Part shown: positions 36,651-46,510 of the stretch, piece after piece
Position numbering within the stretch: the first letter of the stretch is position 1
How the letters are laid out: every line of letters begins with the position of its first letter
Source of the DNA: an uncultured Bacilli bacterium
GTDB lineage: Bacteria > Bacillota_I > Bacilli_A > RF39 > UBA660
Assembly: GCA_934097015.1 (NCBI GenBank)
Contig: CAKONF010000001.1
Location: 613-64,612, forward strand
Reading direction: 5' to 3'
DNA length: 64,000 bases
The notes under the pieces: model-generated
What the model saw: only the letters and a program-made list of their open reading frames with translations
Told to the model about the DNA's origin: nothing
Databases searched by the model: none
Made by a program: the position numbers and the translations under genes

Positions 36651-38559
36651 ATATAATGAAAGTGATATTCAAGTACTTGAAGGCTTAGAAGCTGTTAGAA
36701 AAAGACCTGGTATGTATATTGGTACAACCGATGTTAAGGGGCTACATCATTTAGTTTGGGAGATTGTAGATAATTCAATCGATGAAGCTTTAGCTGGTTT
36801 TTGTAAAAATATTGAAATAATTATTAATAAAGATAATTCAATTACAGTTAGAGATGATGGTCGTGGTATTCCTGTTGGAATACATCCTAAAACTGGTATT
36901 TCTACTGTTGAAACAGTTTATACAGTATTGCATGCTGGTGGTAAATTTGGTGGTGGAGGCTATAAGGTATCTGGTGGTCTTCATGGTGTAGGTGCTAGTG
37001 TTGTTAATGCTTTATCAAAATGGGTAATCGTTAGAGTTTATAAAGATGGAAAAATTTATGAAGCTAAATTTGAAAATGGTGGAAAAACTACTCAAAAATT
37101 AACTGTTATTGGTGAATGTGATATTAATAGAACTGGTACTAGTGTTAAATTTAAACCAGATCCAGAAATATTTGATACTGAAATATATGATTATGAAACT
37201 TTAAAAGTTAGAGTTAGAGAATTAGCCTTTTTAAATAGAGGACTACAATTAACTTTAAGAGATGATAGAGATGAGGAAGATACACAAGGAGATAAATTTT
37301 TATATGAAGGTGGAATTAGTGAATACGTTAAATTTTTAAATAAAAATAAAACTCCTATTCATGAACAAGTTATACATTTAGAAGGTGAAGAAGCAGGTAT
37401 TTTCTTTGAAGTTGCCATGCAGTATAATACTGGGTATTCAGATAATATTTATTCATTTGTTAATAACATTAATACACATGATGGTGGAACTCATGAAGAA
37501 GGTGTTAGACGTGCTTTAACTAGAATTATTAATAATTATGCTAGAAAAAATAATATATTAAAAGAAAAAGATGAATCTTTGACTGGTGATGATGTTAAAG
37601 AGGGATTAACAATGATTGTTTCTTGTAAACATCCTAATCCACAATTTGAAGGTCAAACTAAAGGTAGACTTGGAAATAGTGAAGTTAGAAAAATTGCTGA
37701 TAGTGTATTTTCTAAGGGATTTGAACGTTTCTTAATGGAAAATCCTAATGAAGCTAAAATTATTATAGAGAAAGCTATTATTGCTTGTCGTGGTAGACTT
37801 GCTGCAAAAAGAGCACGTGAGGTTACACGTAAAAGTGATATAAGTGTGACAAGTAATTTCTTTGGTAAACTTTCTGATTGTAAGAGTAAGGATCCAAAAG
37901 TTTCTGAAATATTTATAGTCGAGGGAGATAGTGCCGGTGGTTCTGCTAAAAAAGGTAGAGACTCAATGACTCAAGCTATACTTCCTTTAAGAGGTAAAAT
38001 ATTGAATGTAGAAAAAGCTAGATTAGATAAAGCACTAGGTAATGAAGAAATTAGAACTATAATAACTGCTTTTGGAACTGGTATAGGTCAAGAATTTGAT
38101 TTATCAAAATTAAGATATGACAAAATAATTATAATGACCGATGCCGATGTTGATGGAGCACATATTAGAGTATTGTTATTAACATTATTTTATAGATTTT
38201 TCCGTCCTATTGTTGAAGCAGGTCATGTTTATGCTGCTCAACCTCCATTATTTAGAATAATGCATGGAAAAACAAGAAAATATGTATTAGATGAAGATGA
38301 GAAAGAAGCATATTTAAGAAGTTTACCTGAAAATATTCGTTCAAGAGCTGAGATTGCTCGAATGAAAGGTTTAGGAGAAATGGATGCTGCTGAATTAAAT
38401 GAAACAACAATGGATATAAATCAAAGAATTTTAAGAAAGATTACTGTTGATGATTGTGTTAGTGCAGACCAAATATTCTCTTCATTAATGGGAGAAGATG
38501 TTGAACCTAGAAAAGAATTTATTGAAGCTAATGCTAATTACGCAGAGTTAGATATTTAG
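36643..38559 (+). CDS. gyrB: DNA gyrase subunit B
   Basis: [21 protein letters not shown]-type GHKL motifs, the [10 protein letters not shown] Toprim motif and [12 protein letters not shown]. Confidence 0.97.
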   Translation: MNEYNESDIQVLEGLEAVRKRPGMYIGTTDVKGLHHLVWEIVDNSIDEALAGFCKNIEIIINKDNSITVRDDGRGIPVGIHPKTGISTVETVYTVLHAGGKFGGGGYKVSGGLHGVGASVVNALSKWVIVRVYKDGKIYEAKFENGGKTTQKLTVIGECDINRTGTSVKFKPDPEIFDTEIYDYETLKVRVRELAFLNRGLQLTLRDDRDEEDTQGDKFLYEGGISEYVKFLNKNKTPIHEQVIHLEGEEAGIFFEVAMQYNTGYSDNIYSFVNNINTHDGGTHEEGVRRALTRIINNYARKNNILKEKDESLTGDDVKEGLTMIVSCKHPNPQFEGQTKGRLGNSEVRKIADSVFSKGFERFLMENPNEAKIIIEKAIIACRGRLAAKRAREVTRKSDISVTSNFFGKLSDCKSKDPKVSEIFIVEGDSAGGSAKKGRDSMTQAILPLRGKILNVEKARLDKALGNEEIRTIITAFGTGIGQEFDLSKLRYDKIIIMTDADVDGAHIRVLLLTLFYRFFRPIVEAGHVYAAQPPLFRIMHGKTRKYVLDEDEKEAYLRSLPENIRSRAEIARMKGLGEMDAAELNETTMDINQRILRKITVDDCVSADQIFSSLMGEDVEPRKEFIEANANYAELDI

Positions 38560-38570
38560 GAGGTGTAGGT

Positions 38571-41168
38571 ATGGAAGAAGAAAATAAAGATATAATTGAA
38601 GAAACTAATAATGAGGAAACAAATGAAATTGTTAGTGAAAATGTAGATAAAACTGAAGATCCTTCTTATTTTAGTGGTGAATTTCATGAAAGAGATAAAT
38701 TAAGTGAAAATAACATTGTTGAAGAAGTAAAAAAATCTTTTCTTGATTATTCTTTAAGTGTTATTACATCTCGTGCTATTCCTGACTTGAGAGATGGGTT
38801 AAAACCTGTTCATAGACGTATTTTGTGGTCTATGTTTGATTCTGGTTATACTCCAGATAAACCACATCGTAAGTGTGCTAAATCAGTCGGTGAAGTTATG
38901 GGTAATTACCATCCACATGGTGACTCATCTATATATGAAGCTATGGTAAGAATGGCACAAGATTTCAACATGAGATATTTGTTAATTGATGGTCATGGAA
39001 ACTTTGGTAATATTGAAGGTGATGGAGCAGCTGCTTATCGTTATACAGAATCAAGACTTTCTAAACTTTCTTTGGAAATGTTAAGAGATATTAGAAAAGA
39101 TACTGTTGATATGACTCCTAACTTTGATGAGTCTTTAAATGAACCAGTTGTTTTGCCATCAAGATTTCCAAATATACTGGTAAATGGAGCAATGGGAATT
39201 GCTGTTGGTATGGCTACAAATATTCCTCCACATAATTTAACAGAGGTTATAAATGGTTGTATTGCATACATTGATAATCCTGATATAGATACTTTAGGGT
39301 TAATGGAGCATATTAAAGGTCCTGATTTTCCAGTAGGCGGTATAATACTTGGTAATTCAGGTATTAGACGTGCATATGAGACTGGTAGAGGTACAATTAC
39401 TATAAGAAGTAAGGCAATGATAGAAGAACACGGAAATCATAGTAATATCGTTATTACAGAGGTGCCTTATGGTGTAAATACTTTAGATTTGAAAAATAAG
39501 GTTGCTGAACTTGTACACAATAAAGTTATTGAAGGAATTAGTGATTATCATACTGATTTAAAAGATGGTGTTAAAATTACAATAACTTTAAAGAAGGATG
39601 CAAATGCTCAAGTAGTTTTAAACAATTTATATAAGCATACTTCTTTTCAAATAAATTATAGTATAATTTTATTAATGATTGATGGTAAAACTCCTAAAGT
39701 ATTAGGTCTTAAGGATATTATCGCTAAGTATATAGATTATCAAAGAGAAGTAATAATAAGAAGAACTAAATTTGATTTGAAAAAAGCTGAAGATAGAGTA
39801 CATATTTTAAATGGTTTAAAGATTGCTTTAGATCATATTGATGAAGTTATTAAAATAATAAAGGAATCTTCAACTGACCAAGTAGCTAAAACTACTTTAA
39901 TGTCTAGATTTGGTTTAAGTGAAATTCAAGCTGATAGTATTCTTGAATTGAAATTAAGACGTTTAACTGGTCTTGAAAGAGGAAAAATTGAAGATGAATT
40001 GAAAGATTTATTGGAAAAAATTGAATATTACAATAGAGTTTTATCTTCTGAAGAGATGGTGTTAGGTATTGTAAAGGATGAATTAACTGAAATTAGAGAT
40101 AAATATGGTGATGATAGAAGAACAACTATTGATATGACTGCTATTGATTATATTGAAGATGAATCTTTAATACCTGAAGAAAATATCATTGTGACGTTAA
40201 CAAATAGAGGATATATCAAACGTTTGTCCGCTAATTCTTATAAATCTCAACATCGTGGTGGCGTAGGTGTAAAGGGAATGTCAACTAATGAAGAAGATTA
40301 TGTTGAACATATGATAAACTTATCCACACATGATTATTTATTATTTTTCACTAATAAGGGTAAAGTTTACAGAATGAAAGGTTATGAAATACCTGAGTAT
40401 AGTCGACAAGCAAAAGGATTACCTATTATTAATTTATTGCAAATTGAAAAAGATGAGTCTATTAATTCTTTAATTAAAATGAGTAATGATGATGATTATA
40501 AATTCTTAGTATTTGGTACTAAAAAAGGATTTATAAAGAAATCTTTAATTAGTGAATTTGAAAATATAAGAAACAGTGGTAAAATTTGTATTTCTTTACG
40601 TAATAATGACGAGTTAATTGGTGTAAAGAAATCCACAGGAAATGAATATATTATGATGGGTTCTTCTGAAGGTCGTATGGCTGTATTTAGTGAGGATGAA
40701 ATACGTGTTATGGGACGTACTGCTTCAGGCGTTAGAGGTATTAATTTAGTTGATGCTGATTGCGTTGGTATTGAAGTTGTATCTTTGGATAATAATATTC
40801 TCATTGCCACAAAAAAAGGTTATGGTAAAAAAACGTTAGTTAGTGAATTTAGAACAACAAAACGTGGTAGTAAAGGTGTAAAAGCACTTAATATAACAGA
40901 GAAGAACGGTTCTTTAGTGTCATTTAAAATTATTGATGATAATCAAGATTTAATGATTATTACTAATTCAGGAATGATTATAAGACTATCTTTAAATCAA
41001 ATAAGTCAATTAGGTCGTGTGACTCAAGGAGTTAGATTAATTAATTTAAAAGATAATCAATATGTTTCAACAATTAGTATAGTAGATAAAGAAGAAGATT
41101 CAGAAAACATTGAAAATAGTGATGATTTATCCACAATAAATGAAAATAATAACAAAAAGAGCGAATAA
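38571..41168 (+). CDS. gyrA: DNA gyrase subunit A
   Basis: SRAIPDLRDGLKPVHRRIL, the YHPHGDSSIYEAMV quinolone-resistance-determining region, and AAAYRYTE with the catalytic Tyr. It has an acidic N-terminal extension of about 45 aa and an acidic C-tail. Confidence 0.97.
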   Translation: MEEENKDIIEETNNEETNEIVSENVDKTEDPSYFSGEFHERDKLSENNIVEEVKKSFLDYSLSVITSRAIPDLRDGLKPVHRRILWSMFDSGYTPDKPHRKCAKSVGEVMGNYHPHGDSSIYEAMVRMAQDFNMRYLLIDGHGNFGNIEGDGAAAYRYTESRLSKLSLEMLRDIRKDTVDMTPNFDESLNEPVVLPSRFPNILVNGAMGIAVGMATNIPPHNLTEVINGCIAYIDNPDIDTLGLMEHIKGPDFPVGGIILGNSGIRRAYETGRGTITIRSKAMIEEHGNHSNIVITEVPYGVNTLDLKNKVAELVHNKVIEGISDYHTDLKDGVKITITLKKDANAQVVLNNLYKHTSFQINYSIILLMIDGKTPKVLGLKDIIAKYIDYQREVIIRRTKFDLKKAEDRVHILNGLKIALDHIDEVIKIIKESSTDQVAKTTLMSRFGLSEIQADSILELKLRRLTGLERGKIEDELKDLLEKIEYYNRVLSSEEMVLGIVKDELTEIRDKYGDDRRTTIDMTAIDYIEDESLIPEENIIVTLTNRGYIKRLSANSYKSQHRGGVGVKGMSTNEEDYVEHMINLSTHDYLLFFTNKGKVYRMKGYEIPEYSRQAKGLPIINLLQIEKDESINSLIKMSNDDDYKFLVFGTKKGFIKKSLISEFENIRNSGKICISLRNNDELIGVKKSTGNEYIMMGSSEGRMAVFSEDEIRVMGRTASGVRGINLVDADCVGIEVVSLDNNILIATKKGYGKKTLVSEFRTTKRGSKGVKALNITEKNGSLVSFKIIDDNQDLMIITNSGMIIRLSLNQISQLGRVTQGVRLINLKDNQYVSTISIVDKEEDSENIENSDDLSTINENNNKKSE

Positions 41169-41183
41169 TTCGTTCTTTTTTTA
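41158..41183 (+). terminator. gyrA terminator
   Basis: AGAGCGAA-taa-TTCGTTCT plus a T-run. The stop codon lies in the loop. Confidence 0.6.
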
Positions 41184-41199
41184 TGTTTCACGTGAAACA
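41184..41199. other. parS site 1 (perfect)
   Basis: TGTTTCACGTGAAACA. Confidence 0.8.
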
Positions 41200-41301
41200 T
41201 GTTTCTATTTTTTATAAATAAAACTTGTAGTATAGCATTTTATTATTAATGTTTTTTTATTAAATTATCTATTTATTATCTAATAGTTGGTGTAGGTTTA
41301 A

Positions 41302-41317
41302 TGTTTCACGTAAAACA
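41302..41317. other. parS site 2 (one mismatch)
   Basis: TGTTTCACGTAAAACA. Confidence 0.65.
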
Positions 41318-41503
41318 TTGTTAATAACTTTTATTCCAGTTATTTTGTATGAACAAAAGTATTTTAATTTATTATTTATTCTATTTTTTATAATAATTCA
41401 TTATTTTTTCATATTATAATTATATTTATTATGAATAAAAATGTTATTTTTAAATTATTTTATTATGTTAATATATTTTATTTTAAATCTTTAATAGTCT
41501 TTA

Positions 41504-41519
41504 TGTTTCACGTGAAACA
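41504..41519. other. parS site 3 (perfect)
   Basis: TGTTTCACGTGAAACA. Confidence 0.8.
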
Positions 41520-41638
41520 TTGTTGAAAACTAATAAGTTTAATTTACATATTATTATGAATGTTTGTTTATAATTTTATTCAAAAATAATATATAATATG
41601 TTGTTTATTGTTTTATCATAATCTTTGTTGAATTTATA

Positions 41639-41654
41639 TGTTTCACGTGAAACA
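41639..41654. other. parS site 4 (perfect)
   Basis: TGTTTCACGTGAAACA. Confidence 0.8.
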
Positions 41655-41700
41655 TTGTTAATAACCTTGATTAATATATTCTAAAATGTTATTATTTATA

Positions 41701-41779
41701 CGTGCAATTAATGTTTTTATAAACTGGTCAGGACAGGAATGTAGCAGCCATATTAAATAATGTTAATGTGCACTTTTTT
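41701..41779 (+). ncRNA. ffs: Signal recognition particle RNA, short 4.5S-type
   Basis: GGTCAGG-ACA-GGAA-TGT-AGCAGCC reproduces the domain IV consensus GUCAGGuccGGAAggaAGCAGC (GGAA tetraloop, symmetric-loop residues). A long AU-rich closing helix GTGCAATTAA.../...TTAATGTGCAC is followed by T6. Upstream are TTGATT, 17 nt, TATTAT. Confidence 0.65.
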
Positions 41780-41792
41780 AATGGAGCAAATT

Positions 41793-42221
41793 ATGAAAAA
41801 AGAAAAAATATTAAAAATTTTATATAAGAAATCTTTGAAAGCCTATAGAAAAAATGAAGTACCTGTTAGTGCTATTTTATTACGTAATAATAAGGTTATT
41901 TCAACTGCGTATAACAATAAAAATATTAAATCTAATGCTTTACTACATGCAGAGATAATATGTCTTCAAAAAGCGTATAAAAGGTTAAAAAGATGGAATT
42001 TAAATGATTGTATTTTATATGTTTCTTTAGAACCTTGTGATATGTGTAAACAATTAATTCAAGAGTCTCGTATAGATAAAGTTTATTATTTACAAAAAAG
42101 AAGTGAAGTAAATAACAAATATAATAAAACTCAATACGAACAAATGTTTGTTGAAAATGATAATGATGATTTTGATGGATTGATGTCTAATTTTTTTCAT
42201 AAATTAAGAGAAAAAAAATAA
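41793..42221 (+). CDS. tadA: tRNA-specific adenosine deaminase
   Basis: HAEIICLQKA and PCDMCKQLI zinc motifs. Start moved to the ATG after GGAG, which clears the SRP RNA. Confidence 0.85.
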   Translation: MKKEKILKILYKKSLKAYRKNEVPVSAILLRNNKVISTAYNNKNIKSNALLHAEIICLQKAYKRLKRWNLNDCILYVSLEPCDMCKQLIQESRIDKVYYLQKRSEVNNKYNKTQYEQMFVENDNDDFDGLMSNFFHKLREKK

Positions 42222-42264
42222 AAGATATTAAATATATGATATAATTAGTCCAGGAGGGTTGTCT

Positions 42265-43875
42265 ATGGATTATAAAGTTTTTTATAGAAAATATAGACCT
42301 AAAAACTTTTTAGAATTGGTCGGACAAGATAATATAAAGAATATATTAATAAATTCAATTAAATATAATAAAATAGCTCATGCTTACATATTTACTGGTC
42401 CTAGGGGAACTGGTAAAACTAGTACTGCTAAGATTTTTGCTAAAACATTAAATTGTTTGAATAATTCTAATGGAGTATCTTGTGATGAGTGTGAAATGTG
42501 TAAAACATATAATGAATCTGCTGATATTATAGAAATAGATGCTGCTAGTAATAATGGTGTAGAAGAAATACGTACTTTACGTGATAGTGTAAAGATTGCA
42601 CCTTATAATTCAAAATATAAAGTATATATTATCGATGAAGTACACATGTTATCTAATAGTGCGTGGAATGCTTTTTTAAAAACTCTTGAAGAACCTCCAA
42701 GTCACGTTATATTTATATTAGCAACTACTGAGATAAATAAAATTCCTGAAACAGTTATGTCAAGATGTCAAAGATTTGACTTTACAAAAATACCAGAAAA
42801 TAAAATGATAGAACATTTAAAAAATATATGTGAAAAAGAAAATATTGAAATAACTGAAAATTCTTTAAAAGAAATTTCAAAATTATCAAATGGTTGTTTA
42901 AGAGATGCTTTAAGTTATTTAGATAAAATTTCAAAATTCAATACTGAAATAACTACTGAATTAATCGAGAATAATTTTGGAGTGTTAAGTGAAAGTAAAT
43001 TGGAAAAATTATATAATAGTGTAAAATCAAATTTGGTTGAAGAAATAAATCAACAGATAGATGATATATCTAACTCTGGCATTACTCCTTTGAATTTCAT
43101 AAATGATTATGTAAATTATTTGTTAAGTTTAATAATTACTAAAAAAGTAGTTAATTATAAAGAAATAGAATTTATAAAAAAGAATATTAATATTTTAAAT
43201 AATATAATTGGGAGATTTAATTCTATGATAAATCCATTTATATTGATTAAAATAGAACTAATCACTCTAAATTATTTCCCGGGAAATAATGATGTTAATA
43301 TTTCCCAAAGTAAAGTTGATGTAAAATTAAATAGTGATATTAAAAAAGATGTTGTTGAAGAAATTCATGATGAGAAAGTTGTAAAGGAAGAAGATACAGA
43401 GCAAAAAACTAAAATACAAGATATAAAATCAATAAGGATAAATAATAGTTTTGTAGATGTTTCTAAAATTTATAAAAATGAGTTTATATCTAATTGGAAT
43501 AATTTAATAGATAATATGAAACTTAATAATGATTATACAATTATGGGATATATGGAACCGTCTAATGTTGAGGTTGTATCTAAAACGAATGTAATTTTTT
43601 CTTTTAAAAATGATAGTGAAGCGATAATTTTTAATAATAATATTGATAGTATAGAATTAAAGTATAACGAAATGTTTAAAGTTGACTATAAATTTGTTGG
43701 ATTGTCAATAGATGAATGGAATGTTGAAAAGAAAAAATTTATTGAAAATAAAAATAAGAAGTATAAATATTTAGATGAAAATGTTATAATTAAAGAAGAG
43801 ACAAATGAATCTGATTCAGATATCAAAGATATTGCTGATGATTTGTTTGGAGATAGTTTAGTAGAAATAGAATAG
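42265..43875 (+). CDS. dnaX: DNA polymerase III subunit tau (gamma/tau)
   Basis: YRKYRPKNF, GPRGTGKTS, a zinc module CDECEMC, IIDEVHMLS and SRCQRF. Confidence 0.9.
   Translation: MDYKVFYRKYRPKNFLELVGQDNIKNILINSIKYNKIAHAYIFTGPRGTGKTSTAKIFAKTLNCLNNSNGVSCDECEMCKTYNESADIIEIDAASNNGVEEIRTLRDSVKIAPYNSKYKVYIIDEVHMLSNSAWNAFLKTLEEPPSHVIFILATTEINKIPETVMSRCQRFDFTKIPENKMIEHLKNICEKENIEITENSLKEISKLSNGCLRDALSYLDKISKFNTEITTELIENNFGVLSESKLEKLYNSVKSNLVEEINQQIDDISNSGITPLNFINDYVNYLLSLIITKKVVNYKEIEFIKKNINILNNIIGRFNSMINPFILIKIELITLNYFPGNNDVNISQSKVDVKLNSDIKKDVVEEIHDEKVVKEEDTEQKTKIQDIKSIRINNSFVDVSKIYKNEFISNWNNLIDNMKLNNDYTIMGYMEPSNVEVVSKTNVIFSFKNDSEAIIFNNNIDSIELKYNEMFKVDYKFVGLSIDEWNVEKKKFIENKNKKYKYLDENVIIKEETNESDSDIKDIADDLFGDSLVEIE
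43273..43288. other. Perfect Noc-binding-site palindrome inside dnaX
   Basis: TATTTCCCGGGAAATA within the 20-bp palindrome ATTATTTCCCGGGAAATAAT (43271-43290). It shares 22 identical nt with the 29875 site and encodes NYFPGNND. Confidence 0.7.
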
Positions 43876-43888
43876 GAGAAATGTAATT

Positions 43889-44188
43889 ATGAATATGAAT
43901 AACTTAATGGCTCAAGCACAGAAAATGCAAAAAGACATACAAAAAAAACAAGATGAATTAAATAATATGTCTTTTGTTGGAGAAAGTGAATGGGTTAATA
44001 TCACTTTAAAAGGAGATAAATCTATTATTAAGGTAGAAATAAAAAATAAAACAGATATGGATTCTGAAGATTTAGAATGTATGGAAGATATGATAAAAAT
44101 TGCTTTTGATGATGCAATTAATAAAATTAATAAAGAAATAGATAAAAAGATGGGTATGTATGGTAAGTTAGCAGGTGGATTGTTCTAA
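43889..44188 (+). CDS. ybaB: Nucleoid-associated protein YbaB/EbfC
   Basis: 99 aa. NLMAQAQKMQKDIQKKQDEL. It lies between dnaX and recR. Confidence 0.9.
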   Translation: MNMNNLMAQAQKMQKDIQKKQDELNNMSFVGESEWVNITLKGDKSIIKVEIKNKTDMDSEDLECMEDMIKIAFDDAINKINKEIDKKMGMYGKLAGGLF

Positions 44189-44784
44189 TGTACCCAGATA
44201 TTTTAACCAAAACTATTGAATCTTTTAAAAAATTTAATGGTATTGGTGAAAAAACAGCTGAACGCTTATCTTTGTCAATATTAGAAATGTCTATGGAAGA
44301 TGTAGAAGATTTTTCTAAGTACATAGTAGATTTAAAAAAAAATATTAAAAGATGTAAAATCTGTGGGCATATCACTGATAGTGATGTTTGTTCTATATGT
44401 CAGTCCGAATATAGAACAGATAATTTAATATGTGTTGTAGAAGATTATAGAAGTGTATTTATGTTTGAAAAAACAGGAAATTATGAAGGTAAATATCATG
44501 TACTAAATGGTGTTATTTCTCCTATTGATGGAATAACTCCTGATGAATTAAACATTGATAGTTTGATAAAAAGACTAGCAAATATTAAAGGTGATAAAGA
44601 AGTTATAATTGCTCTCAAGCCATCAATTGAAGGTGAAGCAACTACAATGTATCTAAAAAAAATATTGGAAGGAAAAGATGTAAAGATAACTAGACTTTCA
44701 TACGGAATACCAATGGGTGTTGAAATTGATTATTTAGATTCAATAACTTTAGATAGAGCATTGCAGGATAGAAAAGATATTTAA
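44188..44784 (+). CDS. recR: Recombination protein RecR
   Basis: HhH N-terminus, C4 zinc finger CKICGHITDSDVCSIC, and Toprim VVEDYRSV. Confidence 0.95.
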   Translation: MYPDILTKTIESFKKFNGIGEKTAERLSLSILEMSMEDVEDFSKYIVDLKKNIKRCKICGHITDSDVCSICQSEYRTDNLICVVEDYRSVFMFEKTGNYEGKYHVLNGVISPIDGITPDELNIDSLIKRLANIKGDKEVIIALKPSIEGEATTMYLKKILEGKDVKITRLSYGIPMGVEIDYLDSITLDRALQDRKDI

Positions 44785-44817
44785 AATTTTATTGCATATT
44801 ATTTTATAGGTGATAAT

Positions 44818-44994
44818 ATGAAATTTTATAAATTTGTAAAAAATCTTTTCTTTTCAATAGTGTATCTTTTTGCTATAAATATATTTTTGTCTAAATTGAA
44901 TTTAAATATACCAATAAATATATTTAGTATAGCAATTGTATATTTGTTGAAATTCCCTGGATTAATATTATTATTATTTTTAAGTAGGTGGTAA
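44818..44994 (+). CDS. Unlisted 58-aa membrane protein, BofA-like
   Basis: AGGTGA then ATG. Translation MKFYKFVKNLFFSIVYLFAINIFLSKLNLNIPINIFSIAIVYLLKFPGLILLLFLSRW. The LNIPIN...PGL pattern and the position after recR resemble B. subtilis bofA. Confidence 0.45.
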   Translation: MKFYKFVKNLFFSIVYLFAINIFLSKLNLNIPINIFSIAIVYLLKFPGLILLLFLSRW

Positions 44995-45731
44995 TTTTGT
45001 TTATATCAGATAAATTTGATGAAATAAAAAAAGAATTTGAAAGTGGTAAAAATTCTCATTCGTATATATTTTATACAAATGATTTTTTTAGTTGTCAAAA
45101 GGATGTTATTACACTTGTTAAACATATATTTAATGAAGATAATTTAAATAAAATACAATCAGATTTCGTTGTTATAAAAAAAAGTGATAAAAAACAAATA
45201 TTGAAAGATGATATGGTAGATTTAAAAAGTTTCTTTCAGAAAACGTCATATATAAATAATAATAGAATTTATTTGATTGAAGAAGTACATAAATTAAATT
45301 CAACTAGTGCTAATATGATTTTAAAATTTTTAGAAGAACCTATGAAAGGTATTGTTGCATTTTTTATTACAGATAATTTGGATGCTGTTTTACCTACTAT
45401 AAAAAGTAGATGTCAAATAGTTAATACATTTTATGGTGAAACTAAGGAAATAGATAATGATAATAATGAATACTTAGAATTAAATAAAGTTCTTTTTGTA
45501 GATAACAAGTATTATTCTTTATTAAAAATAAAAAAGAAATATGAAAAAAAAGAACGTGGTGAATTAATAATAATGTTTAAAGATTTATTAGAATATTACT
45601 ATAATTTAGATTTTAATAAAGAAAATATTAATAGAATAAAGTTGTTAAATGAATCAATTAATTTATTAAATTGTAATGTTAATACTGATTATGTTTTTGA
45701 TTATGTTTTGTTAGGAGGTTTAGATGTATGA
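44988..45731 (+). CDS. holB: DNA polymerase III delta-prime subunit
   Basis: Clamp-loader pattern without an intact P-loop: NSHSYIFY, IEEVHKLNSTSANMILKFLEEP and SRCQ. The start is ambiguous (GTG 44988 or TTG 44997). Confidence 0.7.
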   Translation: MVILFISDKFDEIKKEFESGKNSHSYIFYTNDFFSCQKDVITLVKHIFNEDNLNKIQSDFVVIKKSDKKQILKDDMVDLKSFFQKTSYINNNRIYLIEEVHKLNSTSANMILKFLEEPMKGIVAFFITDNLDAVLPTIKSRCQIVNTFYGETKEIDNDNNEYLELNKVLFVDNKYYSLLKIKKKYEKKERGELIIMFKDLLEYYYNLDFNKENINRIKLLNESINLLNCNVNTDYVFDYVLLGGLDV

Positions 45732-46510
45732 GTATAGTTTCTGTAAAATTTAAAAAAGATGGTAAATCATATTATTTTGATGATAATGGTATTTCTTTAT
45801 CTAAAGATGATTATATTTTGGTTGAAACAGATAAAGGTATACAATTAGGTTTAGTAAATGATAGAGATTTGAATATTGATAGAGAAAAAATTAAAACTGA
45901 AATAAAAAAGATAAAGAAAAAGGCTACTAAAAAAGATTATGATATATATTTAAAAAATTTAAAAGATGCTACTATTATTTTTGAAGATACTAAAAAGAAA
46001 ATTGATGAAGATAATATTTCAATGAAACTACTTGATGCTATGTATACTTTTGATAGGAAACAATTGATTTTTAATTTTACAGCTGAAGATAGAGTGGATT
46101 TTAGAGAATTGGTTAAGTATTTAGCTGCAAAATATAAAACTCATATTGAATTACATCAAGTAGGTGTTAGGGATAAGGCACGTGAAATTGGTGGAATTGG
46201 GCCTTGTGGATTGCCTTTTTGTTGTAAAACTTTTAAAAATACTATGGATGGTATTTCAATAAATATGGCTAAAAATCAAAATATATCTCTTAATCCATCT
46301 AAAATAAATGGCTGTTGTGGAAGATTATTATGTTGTCTATCATATGAAGATGAAAACTATACTTGTATAAGAAAAAAATTACCTAAAATTGGTTCAGTTA
46401 TTGATGTTGGTGGAATGAGTGGAAAAGTTGTAAAAATTGATATTATTGGTCAAAAAGCTTTTGTTGATGTAAATGGTGAAGAAAAAGTAGTTGATTATAG
46501 TGATAAATGA
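45728..46510 (+). CDS. ricT: PSP1-domain protein RicT (YaaT)
   Basis: Cys cluster CGLPFCCKTF and CCGRLLCCLSYE. It follows holB, as in Bacillus. Confidence 0.85.
   Translation: MSIVSVKFKKDGKSYYFDDNGISLSKDDYILVETDKGIQLGLVNDRDLNIDREKIKTEIKKIKKKATKKDYDIYLKNLKDATIIFEDTKKKIDEDNISMKLLDAMYTFDRKQLIFNFTAEDRVDFRELVKYLAAKYKTHIELHQVGVRDKAREIGGIGPCGLPFCCKTFKNTMDGISINMAKNQNISLNPSKINGCCGRLLCCLSYEDENYTCIRKKLPKIGSVIDVGGMSGKVVKIDIIGQKAFVDVNGEEKVVDYSDK

Noticed and set aside
41183-41655. parS repeats, or the TGTTC array at 3658-3747, as a CRISPR array
   Set aside because: The parS copies are palindromes with irregular 100-190-bp spacing. The TGTTC array has 10-bp units with no spacers. No cas genes are present.
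41200-41700. Expectation of an rRNA operon or small ORFs in the long gap after gyrA
   Set aside because: No 16S or 23S-like sequence is present. The stretch is extremely AT-rich, with stops in all frames apart from trivial ORFs. Only the parS copies and the SRP RNA promoter stand out.
43181-43200. Possible dnaX programmed -1 frameshift: in-frame slippery A AAA AAG (ATA AAA AAG AAT) with a -1 frame stop two codons later (GAA TAT TAA), as in E. coli gamma
   Set aside because: A-rich heptamers are frequent by chance in this genome. I saw no stimulatory hairpin within a few nt downstream (the NBS palindrome is about 75 nt away). The product would truncate clamp-loader domain III. It could be tested only by proteomics.
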